63,630 nucleotides of DNA, filler included, from Chiloscyllium plagiosum (GCF_004010195.1; 6 parts of one record of this genome joined end to end with filler, not necessarily neighbours in it), one strand, 5' to 3'. Counted from the first letter of the whole stretch, positions 24,843-37,996 are shown. The notes: generated by a model not told the origin, from the letters alone. Numbers and translations are program-made.

Positions 24843-27185
24843 AGACCGAAAAGGAGACCACGGCAGCTTAATGCAGAGGAGAAGTGGGCCGAAGTGCACC
24901 AGGTTGTGTTGCCAGTTGGAAAGGAGATTTGGAAAGGAGATTTTCTGGGTAGTACATGACCTACCTTTAGGAGGTCACCAAGGGTCAGGCTCAGGTACGA
25001 AAGCATTTTCATTGGGCTAGAAAGCACAAGGATATGATTACTCATTGGAACACATGTCATACATGGCAAATGGTAGGGAAGCCAGAGGCGGTATTAAAAC
25101 CAGCACCGTTGTTCAAATTCCAGCATCTGAAGAACTTTTCACTCGAATTATCTTGCCTGAGTATGTCCCCTCGCGGGAGCGCAAAGTGGGAACACGTACG
25201 TTTTAACCATAATGGAGGCAATTCCATTACGGAGTATTAAGGCAAAAAAAGTTGATAATGGTGTTAGTAGCTTGATTCATACGGTGTCGGCTACCCAGAG
25301 AGATTCAGTCGGATCAAGGGTCTAATTATACTGCGAGGCTGTTTAAGGAGCACTTGGATAACGGCGGTACACATCACTTTAAATCAAGTGCATATCACTG
25401 TGAATCGAAGAAAGCGTTAGAAAGGTGGCATCAGACCTTGAATACCATGTTGCAAGCATACTGTCAGGGTTACCTAAATAATTGGGATAAATGCATCTCA
25501 TTCGAATTGTGTGCCATTCGAGTTCCCCAAACTAATCTACTCAGTTTACAACCTTCCAGTTAATATTCGGTAATGAAGTGAAAGACTCTTGGGAATTAAT
25601 TAAAGAGAAATTGACAGGGCAAAAGTCAGAAATCTCACATTTAGACTATGTATCGGAGGTGAGGGAGAGATTAACTCGAGTCGCTGAGTTAACTGAACAG
25701 CACCTAAAGAGGCCACAACCAACAACAAAGCACGTGGCAGATGAAAACCCCGAGACTCTGACGTTTTCCTGCGGGGCGGTGGGATGACGCATCAGTATTG
25801 TTACCAGTGATATGAAATCACTTCGATGGCAATTTAGTGGTCCCTATCAAATTGAGAAGTAAACGACTCACGTGAACTATTTAGTAAAGATGTCAGATGT
25901 TTTAAAAACCTGTTCCGTGTATGTCACGAGAACATGTTGCACCCATTCTACAAGAGACAGAACAAATTGGAGAAACAGGTGTTATATACTGCCCATAGAG
26001 TGAGAAATCAAATTTAGGTATTGTGGATTTTAATGTGCCTCAAAACAAGTTACGAAATGAGTAAGTCATTGAGGAGTGAGGTAGGTTATTACAACAGCAA
26101 AGAATGCAATCAAATGGGGAGGACTGAAAATATTGCACAGAGAATGCTGTACCGATAAAGCAACACGACTACCAGGTTACCCCTTGAACGTCAGACAGGT
26201 CCTGAACGAGGTGGACGCCATGCCCAACGAGGATATTATTGAACCAAGGCAAGCGCGTGGAGTTCACCTATCGTCCTAGTTCCCAATCTGGATGTGTCTC
26301 AATGATATTTCGTGGATTATTGGAAAGTCAATACTGTAACAGAATTGGACACATATCCAATACTGAGATTGAAGAACTCTATAGAGAAAATTGCACAAGC
26401 TCTTCGCATCACCATGTTAGACTTCCTGCGTGGTTATTGACAGGTACCTTTATCAGCGAGAGCGTAATAAATTTCTGTGCTTGAAAAACCCAAATGAGCT
26501 ATACCAAATCAAAATGATGCCTTTGAAATGAAGAACGCAACTGCCAGATTCCAAAGACTCATGAACAGCGTTGTGGCTGTGTTGCCACACTGTGCAGTGT
26601 GTTTGGCTGATGTAGTGATCTTTTGAAAGTCCTGGAAAGATCACATGGTACAGTTGGCAGAGCTCCTTGAATAACTAAGAGTGGCAAAACAGGTAATAAA
26701 CTTAAACAAAATTGAACTCGCGAAAGGAAAGGTGAAGTTCTTGGGACAGAACATCGGTAATGCAAGGTTGACCCTCCGGAAAGCAAAGACCAATACCATC
26801 GAGGAACTTGTTCGACCAATCTCGAGGAAAGAGGTGCTTCGATGTTTTCGACGAAGCAGATTCTATCAGAAGTTTATCAGTGTAGTCGTCTTTGTTGAAG
26901 AAGAACAGAAAATGTTGGTGTACATAACAATGCTCGGAATCATTTGCACATGTCAAAGCAATATTACCCATCACAACAGTTTTAGCTACACAAAACTTTT
27001 GGAACAGTTCAATTTTGTAATTGATGCTCGTGACATAGGAGGTGGAGCTATATTACTGTAGGAATCTTCTCATGGAATTGAACTGCCAGTTTGCTACTTT
27101 TCAAAGAAACTCAACATCCACCAGAGAAAATACTCGACGATCGAAAAACAATGACTGAGATTGGTACTGGCCTTGAAACATTTAA
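24843..27185 (+). mobile_element. Decayed Gmr1-like Ty3/Gypsy LTR retrotransposon pol (INT-RT-RNase H order)
   Basis: Integrase: HDLPLGGH...TCHTWQMVGKP, QSDQGSNYT, SSAYHCES..LERWHQTLNTML (~24950-25500). Downstream RT: SPIVLVP, FVDYWKVN, NLNK..LAKGKVKFLG. Then RNase H: IDARDIGGGAILL, YFSKKLNIHQRKYSTIEK. Confidence 0.8.
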
Positions 27186-28097
27186 TGTGTTCCTCCTGCC
27201 GGATGTTTGAGGTAGGGGTGACCACCGATACTCCTGCCGACTTCATCTGCAGGAAATACAGTCAGATTCTGCTCCTCACAGAACGAGTTAGGGAACTGGA
27301 ACTGGAGTTGGATGAACAGGATTATTCGAGAGGCTGAGAACGTGATAGATAGAAGCTACAGGGACATAGTTACGCCAGAGAACAGAGGTAGCTGGGTAAC
27401 AGTTAGAGGTGGGAAGGGGAGGAAGCAGGCAGTGCAGGGATCTCCTGTAGTCATTCCCCTAAAAAAATAAGTATACCGCTTTGGATACTGGTGGCGCGGA
27501 CAGCCTAGCAGGGGTAAGCTGCAGTGACCGGGTCTGTGGCGTGAGGTCTGGCTCTGAGACTCATAAGGGAAAGGGGGAGAGGAGGAGAGCGCTAGTTATA
27601 GGAGACCCTCTAGTTAGAGGGACGGACAGGCGATTCTGTGGGCATGGGCGAGACACTCGGATGGTTTGTTGCCTCCCGGGTGCCAGGGTCCGAGACGTCT
27701 CGGACCGTGTCTTCAAAGTCCTTAAGGGGGAGGGTGTGCAGCCAGAAGTCGTGGTGCACGTTGGCACCAACGACATAGGTAGGAAGAGAGGTGGGAAGGT
27801 CATTCAAGAGCTCAGGGAGTTAGGCTGGAAACTGAAAGCTAGGACAGACAGAGTCATCATCTCTGGGTTGTTGCCGGTGCCACGTGACAGTGAGGCAAGG
27901 AATAGGGAGAGAGTGCAGTTGAACACGTGGCTGCAAGGATGGTGTAAGAGGGAGGGCTTCAGGTATTTGGACAATTGGACTGCATTCTGGGGAAGGTGGG
28001 ACCTGTACAAGCAGGACGGGTTGCACCTGAACCAGAAGGGCACCAATATCCTGGGAGGTAAGTTTGCTAGCCCTCTTCGGGGGGGTTTAAACTAATT
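27186..28097 (+). mobile_element. Young CR1 LINE ORF1 (Cys finger, coiled coil, SGNH esterase-like domain) inserted into the Gmr1 RNase H region
   Basis: MCSSCRMFEV...FICRK...RVRELELELDE, followed by ORF 27481..28095 with VIGDPLVRG, CLPGARV, VHVGTNDI and DGLHLNQKG motifs. Confidence 0.85.
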
Positions 28098-28527
28098 NNN
28101 NNNNNNNNNNNNNNNNNNNNNNNNNNNNNNNNNNNNNNNNNTTAATTAATTAANNNNNNNNNNNNNNNNNNNNNNNNNNNNNNNNNNNNNNNNNNNNAAC
28201 TATGGCATCATAGCAGAAGTATCTGTACAGATTCCAGCATTTGCAGTAATTTGCTCCTACGGAAAGCTTTACACATAAGTGTAACAGGGAATCTGGAAAA
28301 CTTACAGCACATTGATCCTTATTTCTAAAGGTTTGGAGTATAAAAGTCAGGAAGTGTTACTGCTTTACTATCTATACAAGCTGCTAGCGGTGCCATTTCC
28401 AGGACATAATGGGCAATTTTGGTCTCATTGTTCAAGGAAATACATTATTTCACTGGTGGTAGTTCAGAGGAGTTCAATAGGATAATCCCTGGTCCAGAGG
28501 GATGATTTTAGAAACAAAGATGAAACT

Positions 28528-29120
28528 TTGTTCATTAGCAGAGGGATTGAATTCAAGAGTCGTGAAGTGATGTTGCAACTGTACAGGACTTTGGTTAGGC
28601 CACATTTGGAGTACTGTGTGCAGTTCTGGTCGCCTCACTTTAGGAAAGATGTGGAAGCTTTGGAGAGGGTGCAGAGAAGATTTACCAGGATGTTGCCTGG
28701 AATGGAGAATAGGTCGTACGAGGATAGGTTGAGTGCTAGGCCTTTTGTCATTGGAACGGCGAAGGATGAGGGGTGACTTGATAGAGGTTTATAAGATGAT
28801 CAAAGAAATAGATAGAGTAGACAGTCAGAAACATTTTCCCCGGGTACAACAGAGTGTGACAAGGGGACATAAATTTAAGGTGAAGGGTGGAAGGTATCGG
28901 GGAGATGTCAGGGGTGGGTTCTTTACCCAGAGAGTGGTGGGGGCATGGACTGCGCTTCCTGTGGGAGTGGTCGAGTCAGAATATTTGGTGACCTTTAAGC
29001 GGCAATTGGATAGGTACATGGATGGGTGCTTACGCTAGGACAAATGTTCGGCTCAACATCGTGGGCAGAAGGGCCTGTTCTGTGCTGTATTGTTCTATGT
29101 TCTATGTTCTATTTTCTATG
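28528..29120 (+). mobile_element. Young CR1 3' end
   Basis: FISRGIEFKSREVMLQLYRTLVRPHLEYCVQFWSP and a (TTCTATG)n tail; near-identical to the 3' parts of the copies ending at 40940 and 59183. Confidence 0.9.
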
Positions 29121-29149
29121 ATTGTTCAGTATTTTCTTAAGGGGGGAGT

Positions 29150-29943
29150 TGTTATGTAGCTGTCGATGTGTACTTTACTGTTAAGGGAGCTAATTCTTCA
29201 GGCTGGCACAGAGTATGCTTATATGAAAAATAAAGAGTATGAAAGCATGGGAAGGATTAAAGCATGAAGGATTCGGGCGATCTGTTACAAGGAGTCTGTG
29301 GAATGCTACAGTATTCAAAAGGTCACTGTGACAGGGCGGGATAAGAGTAATGTAAAGTTCTTACACCAATTCGCAGAGTAAGGCTGAGACTGAAATGTCA
29401 CAACGGCACGATGAAATAACACAGTAAAGTCAGCCTGGTCTGCTGAATATCATCATCGCATGTTTGGAACAGGTTGTAATAATAAATATTTGGCGCACTA
29501 AATAAATATATAAGTAATAGTTATTAGAGCCTGCCTAAGACATTTGTCAGCAAAATATATAATCATGGCATTAGATAAAACATTAAGCGCTGTCTGGGAT
29601 GAAAGACCATTATTGCAGAGTTGTCTCGAAATATCTAATCGTGACAGCAGAATACTATTAAATGGTATGTAGGAAAAGCCATAGTGGCAGAACTAAAGAA
29701 GTAACGGAAACTTACATTACTGGTTTATTGTGTCGCTGGAGACAGGTAATTTTGATTAACATGGTTGGCCATGCTGATGAGCTAACAAAAACATGATAAA
29801 AACAGGTATAAAGAACCACGGGCCCTGAGGTTCGGAGGCATTCATGAATCTGCTTTCTGTGTGTCACGGTTTTTTGTTTGTGGAGAAAAGACTTTACAAA
29901 GTCGACGCGCCGACTGGTGTTTCCGTACATTTTCTCTACGACA
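29150..29943 (+). repeat. Putative LTR sequence (5' LTR of the + strand ERV; the left part may belong to another LTR element)
   Basis: TG start after a purine tract AAGGGGGGAG (29139-29148); TATA-like TATAAAG at ~29806; ends ...ACGACA followed by a TGG-initiated PBS-like string. There is no second copy in the window to confirm the boundaries. Confidence 0.35.
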
Positions 29944-30245
29944 TATTGGGTGCTGAGAGCGGGGCCGTGCAGGAACCCACCTGGAAAGAGGGCGGCAATA
30001 ACGGGGCAGTTCTCGTCCACTGGGGGCACTCCGAATACTGACAGAATAAGAATACCCAACAAAAAGGGGTTTGCATTTTTGCTGTGAGTTCGGAATATAT
30101 TCTGTTGGATTGGAGTTGCCCTTGGGAACTCGGAGATGAGGGAACCTGCTGGAGGTTCTCTCCAATCTATGATTCAAAGGCCAGGCGTAAATGGCGGCTG
30201 TTGGAGACCTGGAGAATTTGTTAAGAAAACTGCACAGTGGCTGAG

Positions 30246-30257
30246 GGGGTGAGTAAG
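30246..30257 (+). promoter_or_regulatory. Candidate retroviral major splice donor in the ERV leader
   Basis: GG|GTGAGTAAG lies between the putative LTR/PBS and gag. Confidence 0.3.
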
Positions 30258-31734
30258 AATAGAACGTAGCAATTGCCTGAGCAAATATTCCACGTGGTGA
30301 TAATGACATTCCACGTGGTGAATATGAGACCCTATAGGTACCACCTCATGGGTAAGGATGGTCTGAATAGATAGGGCAAAATCTATCAGGAGGAATAGAT
30401 TTACTAATAGCGCTAATAGACGTATTTAAAAGCCAGCAGATTGCTCGTGGATGAATAAACATAAAATAGTAGAGAACAGTCATGTATTAAAGTGGAACTA
30501 GACTGTAGAATGTTTTAGACAAGGCCTGTGTGATAATTAGACTCTAAGTTTGGAGTTAGTTTTGGAAATGATCAAAGTGTCTGCTTCAGCAATGCTTTGA
30601 CTGAGAGAGAGAGCGAGAGAGAGAGATTGATTTACTACTGAGCTCCTGAGTGTGTGCAGGAAGGTTCTAATTGTGTGTTTCTGTGTGACAGATACAGAAC
30701 ACTCTATGTCACAATAATTTTAAACTGCTTTTTAAGCATAATTGTTTGTTGGTAGTGAAATGCTTGTGTTTTGATTCCCTGGAGCTCGAGATCCAGGTGT
30801 ATTTTGATCTTATTTTGCACTATTAGAATAGAAGATTTTTTTGAGTTCGATTTTTCAAGAAACAGTTAGTGGTTAGTGCATTTCACAAATGCAGTGCGAG
30901 ACTGGGTTAGGCTGGACGAATGAGAATAGGTTGTTGTATTATCTAGCTGCAATTGAGGACGTTTAGGATTTGATAGATTAGTAAGGGACAATTTAAAGTT
31001 ATAGAGTTAGGGATTGGTTATATTTTTGATGAAGCCTAACTAGACCTCAATGGCATGAGGAGCTGATTTGGGAGAGAGAGGTAATACATTAGCTGGACTG
31101 AAATATATGACAGAATGAATAAACGGACTGCAGTTGAGATACTGAGTAAGAAATGTCCAGTGGCAAGAAACGATATTGTGAACATTTCTGAGAAATGGGA
31201 AAAAAAAAATCGAAGGATTTATTGACTAAATGACCAGAAGAAGGTACCTTTGATATACACATGTGCAATGACATGAAGGACTAATTAAGAACTATACGCC
31301 GAAAGATAAATCTAAAACTCGGAGCCAGAAGTGGGATCAGGAGATAGAAATGCTGAAACCTTTTACGAAAGAGGGTGATGAGCTGAAGATAGTTTAGTAG
31401 AAAACTATGATGACAAGGAAAGCTTCAAAAGAACAAGCTGAGCATTTTCTGGAAACAGAAAAGCAGGAATCAGCTCCCGCTACCTTACACCAAGATTCGG
31501 AGGAGTTACATAGACCTCCTTCCGACTCTAATGAAGAGGAATTGAAGCATCGTCCAGTAATAAAGGGAATAGCAGAAGTAGAGGGACAGTTAGAATGGGT
31601 CAGAAGTGCGGAAGCCACAAATGAACCGAGGGAAAGAAGAGAAAGAGAGAAAAGGGACAGTCAGGAGCAAATTGAAGCTGCACAACGAGAGGAAGAAAAG
31701 TTGAAACATGAGACTAGTGTGTGGCCAAGTGAAC

Positions 31735-32162
31735 TGTCATGGAAATTAAATCGACTTTGTTTTAGCAAGAGCAGGCAAATGAGCTTTATTTAAATTCTTC
31801 AGAATTGACCCCAGTACATTCAGCTGGATGCCGCAACATAAAGGGTTAGCATAGCATTGTTCAGATACTTGCCATATACTTATAACGCTCTCAAGAACAA
31901 AGACTGGGAAAACTCAAGTTGCTTTTCTCAAATTTCTTGGTCTTGGATATAACAGTTCTTCAGCTTTCGCTGAGTTCCACTATTGCAAGATCGAATTGAA
32001 TGTTTACAAAGTTCAAACAGGGACAAGTTGGCGGCAAACCTCATCAAAGTATTGTTTACAAAGCCCAGCACTGCATTAAATTTGAAAAAGACATTCTCTT
32101 TCAAATTTCACGGTAAATGAAAAATTTCTTCTAAATGTAAAATTACTTAATTTTCCATTACA
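31735..32162 (-). repeat. 3' LTR of ERV-B
   Basis: The - strand runs TGTAATGG...CCATGACA with AATAAA ~50 nt from its end. Preceded by PPT AAAAGGGGGACAA (32163-32175). Aligns with 36805-37239. Confidence 0.9.
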
Positions 32163-35100
32163 TTGTCCCCCTTTTGTCATTTTAAGACAACAAGGATGAC
32201 AACTAAGTAAAAGAGCCAGGTTTAAATAAAATACAGGGACAGATAATTAAAAACCGGCGATCTAAACTGCCGGCTGTGTTGTAAGGAGCATTTGAAACGA
32301 TCCCAGCCACCTCTTCGCCTTCCAGGTTTTCCTCCTGGTATCTTTACCACTATCCAGTCTCCAGGTTCTAGATCATGCAGCTCCTCTCCGTCTAGTTGGG
32401 GTAGTGCTGCTTACACTTGATTCTGTACTTGAGATAAAAGGGTAGAGCGTTTTATACAGTAACACAACATCTCATCCTCACAGTGATCTGTTATCTGTCT
32501 TACCTCAGGTCTTGGGCCAATTCCTGTATGAGGTGGTCTACCAAACAAAATCTCAAACGGCCTAAGATTAGCTCTTCCTCTCCTCCGAGATCTCATATAA
32601 ATTAGCACAATCGGAAGTGCCTTTGTCCATGTCACCCCCAGTTTCTCACAACATGTTGTCAATTTACTTTATAGAGTAGCATTTTCACTTTCCTCTGCTC
32701 CACCGATCCCTGAGTGATAGTTACAGTGTCGTCTCATGTTATTCCCAAATAATCACTGATCTGCTGTAAGGCATTATTGACAAATGTTGTCCCATTGTCA
32801 CAACTAATCCTTTCAGGGATGTCCCATCTCGGAATAATCCCAGTTAGTAAAGCTTTGGCTACTGCACTGGCATCCTGTTTAGATGTGGGGAACGCTCCCT
32901 CCCATTTAGACAACATATCAACTATTACCAGACAGCACCTTTTCCCTTCGCTGGGCGTTAGTTCAATAAAATCCATTTGTAGATGTTCAAAGGATTTTTG
33001 GGGTTGGGAGTGTGCTGCCTGATTCATCTGTATTCTCCTCCCCACATTATTCGTGGTGCAGATAACATAACGTTCGCAATATTTCTGGGAGTAATGAGCA
33101 AATCCCTAAGAGTACGAGTGTGCGGAAATACTGTCGTACATTCGCCCTTTTGACACATGGTCCATACCGTGTGTCAGCTTGGCGTAGAATAGAAATAATG
33201 ATCGTGGTAGACAGGGTTTACCATTGGGACCACACCATATTCCTTCCCTCACACTGTATCCTGCTTTCGTCCACTCACGCTTTTCTTCCGGTGTGGCCTG
33301 TGACTGTAACTCCCATAAGTCCGCTGTTGGGGTACAAATTTTTGTCATACACATGTCAATCTGCTCACTTGGCGTCTGCTGAGCTGCCGTTCTTGCTGCT
33401 CAGTTTGCCCTTGCATTGCCTTGGGAAATAAAATCATTGTGTTTTGTGTGGGTTTCACATTTACAAACAGCGATTGATTTAGGCAATTGGACCACTTCCA
33501 GGAGGTCAGAAATCAGGCCATGGTATGTGATGGGCTTTCTGGTGGAGGTCAAGAACCCCTGTGTTTCCACAGGAGTCCAAAATAATGTACAATCGGGAAT
33601 GCGTATCTGCTATCGGTGTATCTATTCATTGTCTTTCCCTCAGACAATTTAATGGCCTCAGTCAAGGTAGTGAGCTCCGCTGCTTGCACCTACAGAAGAG
33701 AAGGGAGAGATCTCCCTTTGACTGTCTCTTCGGCAGTCACTACAGCGTAGCCAACACAATTCTGGCCTGTTTCCTTGCTCCTGAATGCTGACCCTTTCCA
33801 AAACAAATATCCATATCTGGATTCTGAAGTGGTGAATCCTGCAAAACTGGTCGAGGCCTGCAAATTTCATTACTTACAGCGATACAATCATATGAGTCAT
33901 CTGTGAGGAGAAGGCTCGCAGTGCTAAGGACATTATATCGCTTTATTGTAATGTTAGGCATCTCCATTAGCACAATATTGCAGCTCAGCCAACCTGCTGC
34001 CGATTTGTGTGCTGTCTTTTGCTCGGGAAGCAGTAAGGATATTGCAGAAGCTCTGATCCCGGTGTTAAAACAAGAGTCTCCAGACTCCTGCGTTGAGCCT
34101 CATTATATATGGTGGGGACTCACAATAACATTGACAAAGTCATGTGAAGGTATATAATTTACCTGTTAATGTGAAAGCGAACCAGAATTGACTGTCTGGG
34201 GGCACCAGTACATGAAAGAAGGCATTTGCTAAATCCACAACAGAAAACCATTTGCTGTGCGGTGGAATTTGAGCCAATATAGTATAGGGGTTAGAAACAT
34301 TTGGGGCGCGCAGAACAACAGCGCTGTTGACTGCCTGCATGTGTTGAACAAACCTCCATTCCTACGGTTCACCTGGAATGTTTGCTTTTTGACCGGAAAC
34401 ATGGGGTTTCTCACCGGTGATTTTTCACAACGGATTATCACTCCAGCCTTTAGGAGCGATTCAAAGACGAGAGTAATTGCTTCTGTAACCTCAGATTTTA
34501 ACGGGTATTGTACTCTGCAAGGATGAGGTAAATATCTCACATAGAACGACTACTGATGCACCCACTGAGTTCGGGAGCCATGCTCTCATCTTTATTGGCG
34601 TTGACTCTCTGAAATGGCTCGATTTAAGGTCTCAACATGTTGCCCCTGTATCTACCAAAAAGGTAAATGTTGTGCGTTCCACATATAACATAGAGATATA
34701 CATTGATTTATACGCATCGATGGTGTATTGGGCATATTGTCCACACTTCGCAATCTCAGCGCTCAACATAGAGGTGGGACATGTCTCAGTGCCCGGAAAA
34801 TTATTAGATGAGATTAACATATGCAAGTCTGCGTTGCTAAGCATAAAGGAAAGTCGCTTACCTGTACAGTGTGGGCTGCCCACCTCCACCTCAGTCTTCC
34901 CCGGTCAGTCACCTCACTCTCCAGCCTCCAGGGCCGATTGAGGCTCTCTGTGAGGGAACTGTATCACCCACTGGTCCATTGCTCCACAAACAAAGCACCC
35001 GCCAGATCTACCTCTGCCATCGCCTCTTCCTCTCTCATTTTCCGTCGCACCTCCCTCCAACCGCTGGGCAACCATCTTCTTCGCTCTTTCGTCCTTCATT

Positions 35101-36786
35101 CCACTGATGAAGCTGTTCCTCAGGTGTGCTTCATACGCCATGATCTCTGCCGCCGTTATGTCGGCGGGTGGTCTCAGTCCGCTGTGGACATTATGGACTT
35201 CAGTGAGGCACTTAACGTACTGGGAAACTGTCTCACCTTCCCGTTGTTTACTCATTGCTATTTCTGTCATGTTCATTCGCACTGGGAATGTCTCCCTACA
35301 GGTGTTTGCCAGCGCTGCAACAAAAGCATTAAAGTCTCCGTTCTGCTCTGCTTGGACGTTGAATCCTCTGACATGGACGTTTGCACTGGCCAGATATACT
35401 TGATTTTGGTGACATCGGCACCTAGTGTTCGTCCCAGGAGACGTCTCATCTCATGTGATGTGGGACGGATCTCAGTACAGAACTTTGTCACTTCTTATTA
35501 CCTCCAACCTCGCGTGGGTCAGGCAATTGCCAACCGGCACTTTCCAGATCCGTCATGGTCGATGGCCGGTGGACCAAACCTGGATAGCCTTCTGGGCCTG
35601 CAATTTCAAACATTTGGGCTTGCAGACCAACTGGTTGTATGATCGTCCGCCAGTACCCTCACTGTCTAACTCCTAATTCGTCGGGGGTTGATTGCAAACA
35701 GACTCTGGATGCCTTTCTGACTTGCAGTGGTCGTCCTTCCTTTGGGATTCTTGCTTCAATTGGTTGATGGTATGTCGTGTTATCGGTGATTCTGCAGATC
35801 ATGAGGCGGCCGCCGCAGACTTGGAGCCTTCCCCAGGCGGATCTCGCGGGTTGTGGGGGGGTGTCTGTAGGTCGTGGAGGACAGTCATCAAGGTCAGGAT
35901 CTGAAACAGACTTAAGACACTGTATAGCTTCTTTAGGCTGTTTTCCGCTCGAGACTGCATGTGCTCTGGTGTTTGTACGTATATTTGATCTATCCCTAAC
36001 TTGAGATCTCCTCTCTCTGATATCAGCCTCAGTGCTCCACAATTTATAAGCGCTACAATTCACAGATTCTATTTTTACCTTCCTTTTCTCCTTCTCTGTC
36101 TCCTCCAACCTCGCCCTTAATATTTCCAACTGCCTTTTAATAAAACGTCCTCCCTCCGAAAAACCACATTCCTTGATCTACAATTCTAACTGCTTTACAG
36201 ACCCAGAGCCGTAATTATTTAGCATGTATTGTATTTTTGGTTGGCCATTCAAAACCCTGTTTGGACTCTCCTTTTATTTGCTCTTGTTGGAGCAATTGTT
36301 TCAACTGGGCAATTGTTCAGCTCTCTCTCTCGCAGTACCGTTATCTTTTCCCTTTCACTTGTTTTCTTACGTTTGGAGGTCCCCTCTCGCATTGGGCACC
36401 TCCGCCTCAATGCGTTGTTTTTCATAAACCAAGGAACCACGTACCCGATACATTTTTGGCGAGTCCAACTCAGCCAGTGGTAGTTCCCAGTCTAAAATCA
36501 CCCTTAAACCTATTGTCTCCGAAACACTCTGGAGACGGCAATCCACTTCCCTTGTGCTTTGCTCTCATAACACGCAAGAGTTCACTGAACTCTTTTCCTG
36601 TTGCATTCGTTCTCTTTGAACGAGTCTCTATGTAGGATTACTTAAGTCACGATTCTTACCCCGAGAGTATTCAATTTGAACACCGGTGCTAGGGCGATCC
36701 ACAGATTCCCAGTCCTCTCACGCAAAAGGGCCAATTCAGCACTCGAGATGAAGTGATAGACCTTCAGAATCCCACCCAGTCGCGGG

Positions 36787-36803
36787 GTCCCGGGACGAAC
36801 CCA
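36787..36803 (-). promoter_or_regulatory. Primer binding site, tRNA-Pro-like
   Basis: The - strand TGGGTTCGTCCCGGGAC begins 1 nt after the 5' LTR and resembles the tRNA-Pro PBS TGGGGGCTCGTCCGGGAT. Confidence 0.6.
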
Positions 36804-36804
36804 C

Positions 36805-37239
36805 TGTCGTGGAAATCTAATCGACCTGTTTTTTAATCATGAGCAAAGAAATGAGCTTTATTTAAATTCTGCAGATTTGACCCCAGCACTTTCGGCTAGA
36901 TGTCACAATGTAAAGGGGTATCTAATAATTGTTCATATAATTGCCTTATACTGTTTCTTATCAGACTCCCAAGGGTAAAGACTGGGAAAACTGAATTTGT
37001 TATTCTCTCATCCCCTGGTTTTGGACATAACAGTTCTACAGCTTTCGCTTTTATTGAAAATTGCAAGGTCGAGTTGAATGTTTATAAACTTCAAACAGAG
37101 ATAAGCTGGCTACAAACCTTATTAAAGTATTGTTTCCAAACTCAGCACAGCATTACGTTTTAGAAAGACTTTCTCTTTCAAATTTCACAGTAAATGTAAA
37201 ATTTCTTATAAATGTAAAAATTCGTAATTGTCCATTACA
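36805..37239 (-). repeat. 5' LTR of ERV-B
   Basis: The - strand runs TGTAATGG...CCACGACA; roughly 80-85% identical (by eye) to 31735-32162. Confidence 0.9.
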
Positions 37240-37675
37240 GGCACAAAAAGCATTTAAGGATTACATATGGTGATATGAAAGGGAGGATGAGATAAAAGAA
37301 GTGGACGGGACGCAGAGCAAGTGGAAATGGATGAAGAGTGAGACAGGGAAAGAAAAAGGCACCGAAATAATGGGAGGAATTAGAAATACTATCGGACTCA
37401 GAGCCCGAGGTAAATTATTGAGAAGTAGCTCAAATAAAGGGGAAAAGGGCGAAAAAGGAAGAATGCTACCGCTGCTTATAAAAGAGGGGAGAAATCCACA
37501 ATACATTCCTTGGGGAACTCCGGATCTGGAAAGGCAGACAGATTTGCTGCCCAGTTGACATGAAGGAGCAGGCGAATAGATACGGACGTTTGGAGATGAA
37601 ACCCCTGGGCGATTGCTGGCTATAGGAGATTTGAAGGCACTGCTATTGAGGTTGCTGGGGCTCCTGAAGTTAAAG

Positions 37676-37996
37676 CTGAAAATGTGATGCTGGAAAAGCG
37701 CAGCAGGTCAGGCAGCATCCAAGGAAGAGGAGAATCGACGTTTTGGGCATAAGAAACGCTTTTATAAGCAGCGGTAGCATCCTTCCGTGTTCGCCCTTTT
37801 CCCCTTTATTTGAGCTACTTCTCAATAATTTACCTCGGGCTCTGAGTCCGATAGTATTTCTAATTCCACCCATTATTTCGGTTTTGGTGTCTTTTTGTTT
37901 CCCTGTCTCACTCTTCATCCATTTCCACTTCCTCTGCGTCCCGTCCACTTCTTTTCTCTCATCCTGATCTCCAGCATCTGCAGCCCTCACTTTCTC
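37676..37996 (-). mobile_element. Penelope pLTR-derived insert carrying an inverted ~200-bp copy of adjacent gag
   Basis: Both ends match the 21827 element. 37759-37965 is the reverse complement of 37284-37484. TSD CTCCTGA(A/C)GTTAAAG at 37661-37675 and 37997-38011. Confidence 0.85.

Larger units (their letters stand above)
31735..37239 (-). mobile_element. LTR-flanked, env-less epsilon-like ERV-B provirus (5.5 kb) nested in ERV-A gag
   Basis: Gag with a zinc-knuckle remnant CFVCGAMDQW; protease FLVDTGA (~34650); RT N-terminus PVRNPMFPVKK / WFSVVDLANAFF (34140-34540); RNase H; integrase FEHLQMDFIELTP...IVDMLSKW...SCDNGT (32734..33045); matching LTRs, PBS and PPT. Confidence 0.9.

Noticed and set aside
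30234..30270. CACAGTG heptamers suggesting Ig/TCR recombination signals
   Set aside because: I saw no correctly spaced nonamer and no V/J-like coding segments.
34821..35642. 273-aa + strand ORF
   Set aside because: It is antisense to ERV-B gag with no recognisable motif; most likely a shadow ORF.
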